Of a stretch of DNA of 64,000 nt, positions 57,438 to 64,000 are shown piece after piece. A model generated the notes under the pieces. It was not told the DNA's origin, did not search any database, and was given only the letters and a program-made list of their open reading frames with translations. Positions within the stretch are counted from its first letter, which is position 1. Each line of letters starts with the position of its first letter. The stretch comes from Zygnema circumcarinatum SAG 698-1b (lineage: Eukaryota; Plantae; Zygnematophyceae). The position numbers and the translations under genes are program-made. The stretch spans positions 2,136,525 to 2,200,524 of the forward strand of contig CM074816.1 of assembly GCA_037447605.1 (NCBI GenBank), given 5' to 3'.

Positions 57438-60400
57438 TCACCGGTTCTGTGCCGGAGTACGGCACTCTTGAGGCACACCGAGGTCTCTCTCGACGTCGCG
57501 CCGTGCTCTCCTCCAGGGGTCGTTGTGCAGCTTGTAGTGTAGAGCCTGGCCAAGCAGAGGACAACACACAGCGCAACAGGCATCAGCCCTGCGACCTCGT
57601 CTGTAACGCACGCCAGTCGCCCCTCAATTACTGCTGACTTCAGCCACGCAGGCTGGCAGGCAGGCAGGGAGTCTGCCGGCACCTAACAACACATCAGCCG
57701 GGATTCATCCCACGAGTGGCGGCCGCTACACGCAAAGAAACCATTTGCAGAATTATTCCGCATTCCTTTCTTTCAATTTACCCCTCCCCATGCTCAACTC
57801 CGTGTACAGCAACAGCTGAGAAGCGACGCTGTCAGAAGTCAGAGAAACCCACCTGAAGAAGTGTGGCCACTGCGTCGTCATCCCGGAGCTCTTCAACCTT
57901 CTGTGCCCACATCTCGTTGTGCCCATACCATTCTCGCTGCCGCCGCGCTTCTAAGCGCGCTCCCGAAAGGTAGGACCACCGCTGCCAGACCGTGCGGATG
58001 GCTACCAGCATGGCCCGCACACGCTCCTCTGGAATGCCCTGTGGAGGGCGAGGAAACCAAGGTGAAAGATTAGACTGGCAGGTGAAACTTTCAGTGGTGC
58101 TAGATGCGCTTACATCGGAGCATTGTTTAGGGAGACCTGAGTGACAAAGAATGCACAACCAGATGAAATTGCATCCAGAGCGGTGCAGACCTTGTGAGAA
58201 GGGTTTGGGAAATCCCGTGCTACTGTAGTCGAACTCTTTGAAGAACACATTTCCATCTATGAAACCCACCTAGCAGCCCACTATGGATGTCAAATGCGCG
58301 ATTTCTTCAACTAAAATGCATTGAAGCAGCTAAGAACTTCTATAGCCTTGCCAGGGGGTGATCACGACGATGCCTCGCATGACAGGCCGAGTACGCCGAG
58401 CGCCGACCGTACAGCGCCGTAACACAAAGCTCACCTGCTGGTTGTCATTGCTCGATATCTCAAAGGAAGGAATTATCCTTCCAAGGAAGGAAGAAAGGGA
58501 GCAATCCAGACTAGGAAAAGTGAAGGAAGGAAGATGAGAGCGAACCTTGAGGATCTCAATCATGTTGGGAATGTCGGCCTCTGCCACACGCACTGTGAAG
58601 GAGGAAAAATCAAGTAGGTTCTCATATGCCATCTGGATGCCATCTTGGATAATGACAGGGATGCAGCCATGCAACATGCTATCCTCCATGCGGGCGCTGA
58701 AGCCATCTCCGGGAAACACGCCGCAGAAGCGTGACGACGACAACTGGCAAATGGCACCAACCCATCCACACCAATCACTTAGTTCCACTTTCGAGCAATG
58801 TTGAACTTAGGACAATGACTCCTCAAGCTCAGCCCAGAATCAGGCTACAAATCGGTCTCATCGACATGCTTGTAGACATGTGCGGTTTGCAACGGCACCG
58901 TAGTGATATCTTATAAACTCCTGATATGCGAGCAGTTTCTGGCTGATTGGCAAGCTAGGTGGCCGACAGAACATTGCGATGATGACGGCCGGATGTCACA
59001 GCCATCACAGCAGCAAAGGCAACGCAACAAACTAAGGACACTCGAAATGCCGCTTGCATTCGGAATCCAAAGTTATGGGGTGAGAATGCTTAACCCTTCA
59101 CAAACAAAGGATGACAAAATAACGAAAAAGAGAAACAACGACAAACAAAGCAACAACCAACCGAGAAAGTCGCTGTTCGACAAATGATATCAACTTAAGT
59201 GAAAAGATGATAGGTGATTACTGGAGATAAGAAGGTGAATAAGGAAGACGCAGGTGCTTGCACCCTCGCCTGGGAATTTAATCATTCGCGTACATTGTAA
59301 TACGGTTAGAGAAAAACGACGGATCTTCTTGCACATTCATCAGGCACATACCCAGTTGCTACGCAACAGCACAGTGAGAATGTGATTTTCTCCGTAACGG
59401 CGAGCAAAAGCATAAGTCTGCACGATGCCCGCACCTGCTCTCCGTACTCGTCAGACCGAAGATTCGTAACAATGACTCCATCCTCTGCTTTCAGTCCCAG
59501 CTTGCCCTGAATATTGGGAGTAGATGCGAAGTAAGCTGCCACCTTTTGCCGAATGCCCATACTGTACCTGCATTTCGCAACCACTTACCTTCATAAATCA
59601 TTGGATCATTGCATCATTGGAGATGTGCCATGTGTAGTGGTACTCAACCCAAGACACTGAGGGACTTCAGAAAATCCTTCATAAAACAACACTCAAACTG
59701 GGTCATTCCATCCAAAAAGATGCATACACAGGTGCAGCCCAATAGTTTATTTGTACATATGAACTTCCACTTTCTTCAACACACATGGCATATTTAGGTG
59801 GAGGCCGCCACTTGCGATGGACAAGGATCATATACACCTCAACCCCTCACAATCCAAGGATTGGTATTTTGCAAGTTTTGACAAACTAGAAGGTCAGAAA
59901 GGCCCGACTAGAAAATCACTTGCAGAAACAATCTCCAAGTTGGAGAGCGAACGAACAGTGTCTCCCTGTTGTCTCTTTTGTCTCTCCTCCATCCTAGAGC
60001 TCAGGCCTCACAAGAAGAGCTGATAGAGACAGGACTCCATTTTTCAACTCCCAAAGAATGAGAACTCAGGTTACCACAAAGTTGGGTGAGCCACCATACT
60101 CCGGCTCCGGTCGATCTCCATGGTCAGCCCCCAGGTTTCCATTGAAGTAGAAAAGAGTACGCCGCTCCTCGAAGGGCCTGCAGATGCTCTCAGGGGTTGC
60201 ACCACAGGCAACACGTCATAAACAGGTTAGCTAGCCCATAAAGATCCTAATTTTGAAGTCTTTCTCCCTGAAACAAACCGTACAGACTTTGACAAGCCAT
60301 AGGAACTTCCAAGCATGGATGCGCACTGTACCGAGGTACTACCACAGCAGTTTTCCATGCATGCCACAAACCCTGTCAATAAGATATGGCTTTCCGCTCA

Positions 60401-63400
60401 AAACAAAATTCGTCTGTCAAATCCTACGCTGAAAGGTTACATAGTGAAGCCATAGCTATCAAGGACCAAGATCTGGTCTGCTCCAACAAGGAATGCGAAC
60501 CGTGCCTGTTCCAGAACCGATTCTCGATGTGTCTCAAGTTCGGGGGCTTCCATGCGGGCATGACCAGGTCCTTGTCAGGGTCAAAGCACGAGTGGTTTCC
60601 TCGAACATTCCGAGGCATCACATCCCAATTGTCAGCCCTGTATGCCGTGGTAGAGTGCTTGTGGCTAGCCATTGTGTTGCCCCATGGAGAGAGCATTATG
60701 CTGCTTCGGATAGCTTGGGGAGCATAGCATGCGCCTTCGTCCCACGGGAAAACCTGCATTCAGTCGACAAGGTCAACACGGCGCACTTGCTTCAATATGG
60801 CACCTCTGTTTCAAGAATCTTCAGTTAGTAAAGAGAGAACTGGCGGAGCATGTCTACCTTCTGTGTTGAAAAGGTAGGGAGAACGAGAGGATTAATTTTG
60901 CTAGGAAAAATCTGGGATCTCACAGCAGCCTAATGGGTGATGTGCATCAACGTGCAGTGCATCCAACTTCGTATCACGACACGTGCACACTATAGCAACA
61001 GTAGGAAATGAAAGGTAGGAGCCAATTGATAGCCAGGAGCTTGTCTTTTGAAACTGTACGGCAGAAAAAGCAATCTTTACTAAAAGTAAAACAATTGAAC
61101 AATAGCGGTGCATGAGAGCCCACCCAGAGGTGATCCCGCCCGCCACTGCGATTCCAATAGGGATGCTCGCGGCTGATGTACGCATGAGAGCGCAGGATGA
61201 AGTCCGACGAGAAGTACGGCCGGACTCCTTTGAACTTACCCTGCACTCGCATGGAAGTTACTTTGACAACTGAGGTAAGGAAAGTGACGGCGTGCGCCAT
61301 TCTCATGGACAATATTGCACCCAACACAGATCGATGGGAGGGAGACGATAGAGTCTGGGATAGGCAGAGTCAGTACTGCATTCCATATGAGCAGCCAACA
61401 ACAGTTATTATGTGCAGTGCATCCTAATCTTCGCCCTTCGAGGATGAGCAAATGGACCTGCATGTTCATCCTTGGAGTTTCATCGGCGCGGCTGATGATG
61501 CATCCCGAGAGAACAGGCACATAGAAATAGTCAGCTTCATCGCCATTGGTTGTCCGGTGAACGCTTGACAATAATGACTCGTATATGATTAGCTGCAGCA
61601 CGAATCCCCACAAAAAACAGAGGTTGAGCTACTCTCCTACGAGGAGCTTTCTCAATACACTTTTGAAGCAGAAGCAGATCTCACTACTCCACCTTGTGTG
61701 AGGTAACCGTACCTCCATCCCGTAAAGCTGATGCCACACAAACTCCGTCATGTTTTCTGCATTGTACATCCATGGAACACAGTAGTCGCGTAGCAGCCGA
61801 CCCTGCACACAAACACAGCTGTAACATTGCAGTAAGGAGCTATGGCTGGCTATCCCATTTACATGGTAGACGCTCTTTGCTTGAGGAAATCTGAACCAGT
61901 GACCTTGACATCACTTTATTCCCACTTTGAATTCAAACCGGCTATAAGTATCATCGATAATCCCTTGTCCGGATAGGAGTGACTTCGATTCACCTGAAGG
62001 TGGTGAAAATTAAACTCTACGGGAAGGTCATAGACATAGATCAAGGGCCGTCGACGCTCCACGCGATATTGGGACCCTTTGGAAGTGGAGAAGAGGACGT
62101 TCTTCAAAGATTCCCATATGTTAGAGACTGGCTTCAAAGGAAAAGCGGAATCCCCCTCCAACCATGGAAGTCGCAAGTCCCCCTCCCGGGGGGAAGAGGC
62201 AGAAGGGACGCTGCAATCAATGCCGTACCATGCCTCCTCACACTGCTCTTTTGCAGTATCCAGAATTTTTTTCATGAATGTCATGGCACATCAAAGTCAA
62301 ACAGGGCAGCTGCACGTGAGCACGTCATTTCAGATCAAACGCATCCAAGGACGAGACTGCTGGCAGACTGTCTAAACGCCATGTGAAATTGAGCTTTCGG
62401 ATCAGTGATTCCTCACACAAAACCCTGCCGAGAATCTTCATCCTCTCATGTTTCACATAAAGTACCCAGCAAAGAATAATTTCTCAAACTCTAACACTCA
62501 CAAGCCTTCTCCTTTGGTCAACACGATCAGTTCACCACCCTGGCACTCTCCAAGAGATAAGATCCATAGCATTCCGCAAGCAAGACCCCTCCCCTTTACT
62601 TCAGCAAGTAAGAAGCTGACACCTGGCAGTATCCGTTGTTGCAGGTGCCATGCCTGCTGCACCCATTGACGCAGTACGGCTGAGTGGCGATTTCGCAGAG
62701 GTCTCCCGCCTGCCCGTCGAAGGGGCAGCCGCAGTACTTGCGAGGGCGCGCCCTGCCGCGGGGAGAGGCGAAGCACCATCCCGGCTCGGCGGGGTCGGGG
62801 GAAAAGAGGTCATCGAGCAGCTGTTGGGTCCAAATCACTCCTCCGCTTCTGCACACTCGTCCCCAACCTCCATCGCCATCTGAACCCTGCCAACGTGACT
62901 TAAGAGTCTTCAGGAGTTATGCAAAGTTAAGATGGAGTTCATCACGATTTCTGCATCGCATTCAGCAGATTTTGATACGAGGTTCGATTCATTCTTGAAT
63001 GATTGAGTTCAAACAACCATCTCCAGAGTGGTTGGAAAACTGACAAGCATAAACCGGACTGGTGACTCAACCCGCCTCTTTAGCAAAAGAAAGTACTATA
63101 GAGTGCCCCCCCTGACACTAACGTCTTAAAATGTCCTGTAATGTAAAGTAATTTTCAGTTATAGCCGGTGAACGAGCCACCAGTTTGATGACTTCAGATT
63201 CTGTCTCTAAGAGAGATCACTTACAGCTGAATTGTACCGCACTGTTCGACAATGGGCCGCATAGGATATGGAGTGTCAGGTCCACATCGACACATTGCAG
63301 TCTGTTTGTCGCAGAAAGCAAGGCAAGCTGACACAACCCAAGGGGCTAGCTCCTGCGTAGCATTACGAATGGGCTTGTAATTGCATTCCAGCTCATCCAA

Positions 63401-63748
63401 CTCTGCACAGTCTGAGCCTGCATACAACCGACACGCCGTTTCAACTGGTAAAAAGGTTCCTAATGCGCTGTCAGGAGAAAGGGGTGACAGAAGCAAATAA
63501 ACAAGGGCAAGAGCTATTTTTTTCCATTCTCCTGCTTGATTTGGTGGGGGAGGAAGGGGTGGGGAGGGGGGATGACGAAGGAGGTGCAACAACAGGGATA
63601 GTGACAGAAGTAACATAAAACGGAAGGAAGACGGAAGACCTGCGATCAATATGACATGAAAATCATGATGTCTGGCTAATGAAAAAACAGCCAAACCAGT
63701 CAGCCAGCCAGACCTGGAGACTAACGCCATTGGCTCAAAAATGATCAT
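57438..63748 (-). CDS. Exostosin-family (GT47) glycosyltransferase with N-terminal EGF-like/Cys-rich modules (At3g57630-like); start codon uncertain
   Basis: WVVSACLAFCD...MCRCG...YPMRP..EQCG (63419-63237), YCGCPFDG...YCVNGCSRHGTCNNGYCQ, CEEAWYGIDCS...RPLIYVYDLPVEFN, IYESLLSSVHRTTNGDEADYFYVPV, HPYWNRSGGRDHLW, FPWDEGACYAP, CFDPDKDLVMP, LFYFNGNLG, YSMGIRQK, FCGVFPGDGFSARMEDSMLHGCIPVIIQDG, DDAVATLLQ|ALHYKLHNDPWRR...GVPQEC (last exon 57545-57438). The 5' end could be ATG 63748 or 63730, or could lie outside the window. Confidence 0.88.
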
Positions 63749-64000
63749 TGTTTACAAGTTGACGTTGGTGTGTGAAGATGCGTGTGGGAACTCTCCTCTT
63801 ATTAAATCGTGTTTGGGCTAAAAAGCTTGAAAATGAAACGAGTAGAAATAATTGAAAAAGCCAAAGGCTTTGACATCAGAAAAGCTCAGGAAACTCATCT
63901 AATACATTGTCCTCGGCTTAAGATTTCCTTCAGCTCAATTAACATTCCAAGTCAGAGGATGCTCACTTAGCCTCGAAAAAAATAATCGGAGGACGAAAAG

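Overview
This window is intron-rich eukaryotic nuclear DNA. It most likely comes from a streptophyte (charophyte-type) green alga; this is inferred from land-plant-type protein families combined with many short introns and GC-rich exon patches. Six multi-exon genes fill almost the whole window: (1) an AVT1-family amino-acid transporter with a transit-peptide-like N-terminus (78-5202, -); (2) a SPIRRIG/ALFY-type BEACH-WD40 protein ending in a degenerate FYVE finger (6013-22770, +); (3) a cytosolic HSP70 with 10 introns and a perfect heat-shock element (23760-27085, -); (4) a GSL8/GSL10-type callose synthase (28314-44613, -); (5) a GSL1/GSL5-type callose synthase (45018-57030, +); and (6) an EGF-like/exostosin GT47 glycosyltransferase (57438-~63748, -). 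The most striking feature is the head-to-head pair of callose synthases from two different clades. Their start codons are about 400 bp apart, with a GTAC array at the midpoint and G-rich tracts running up to both ATGs, but a 10-N assembly gap lies between them. Other points of note are microexons, GC-AG introns, sharp GC mosaicism inside exons, a TA-flanked perfect palindrome and several intronic tandem repeats. No rRNA, tRNA, CRISPR or intact transposon was recognised. Exon boundaries were derived by hand from splice motifs and remembered family motifs; no database search was run.
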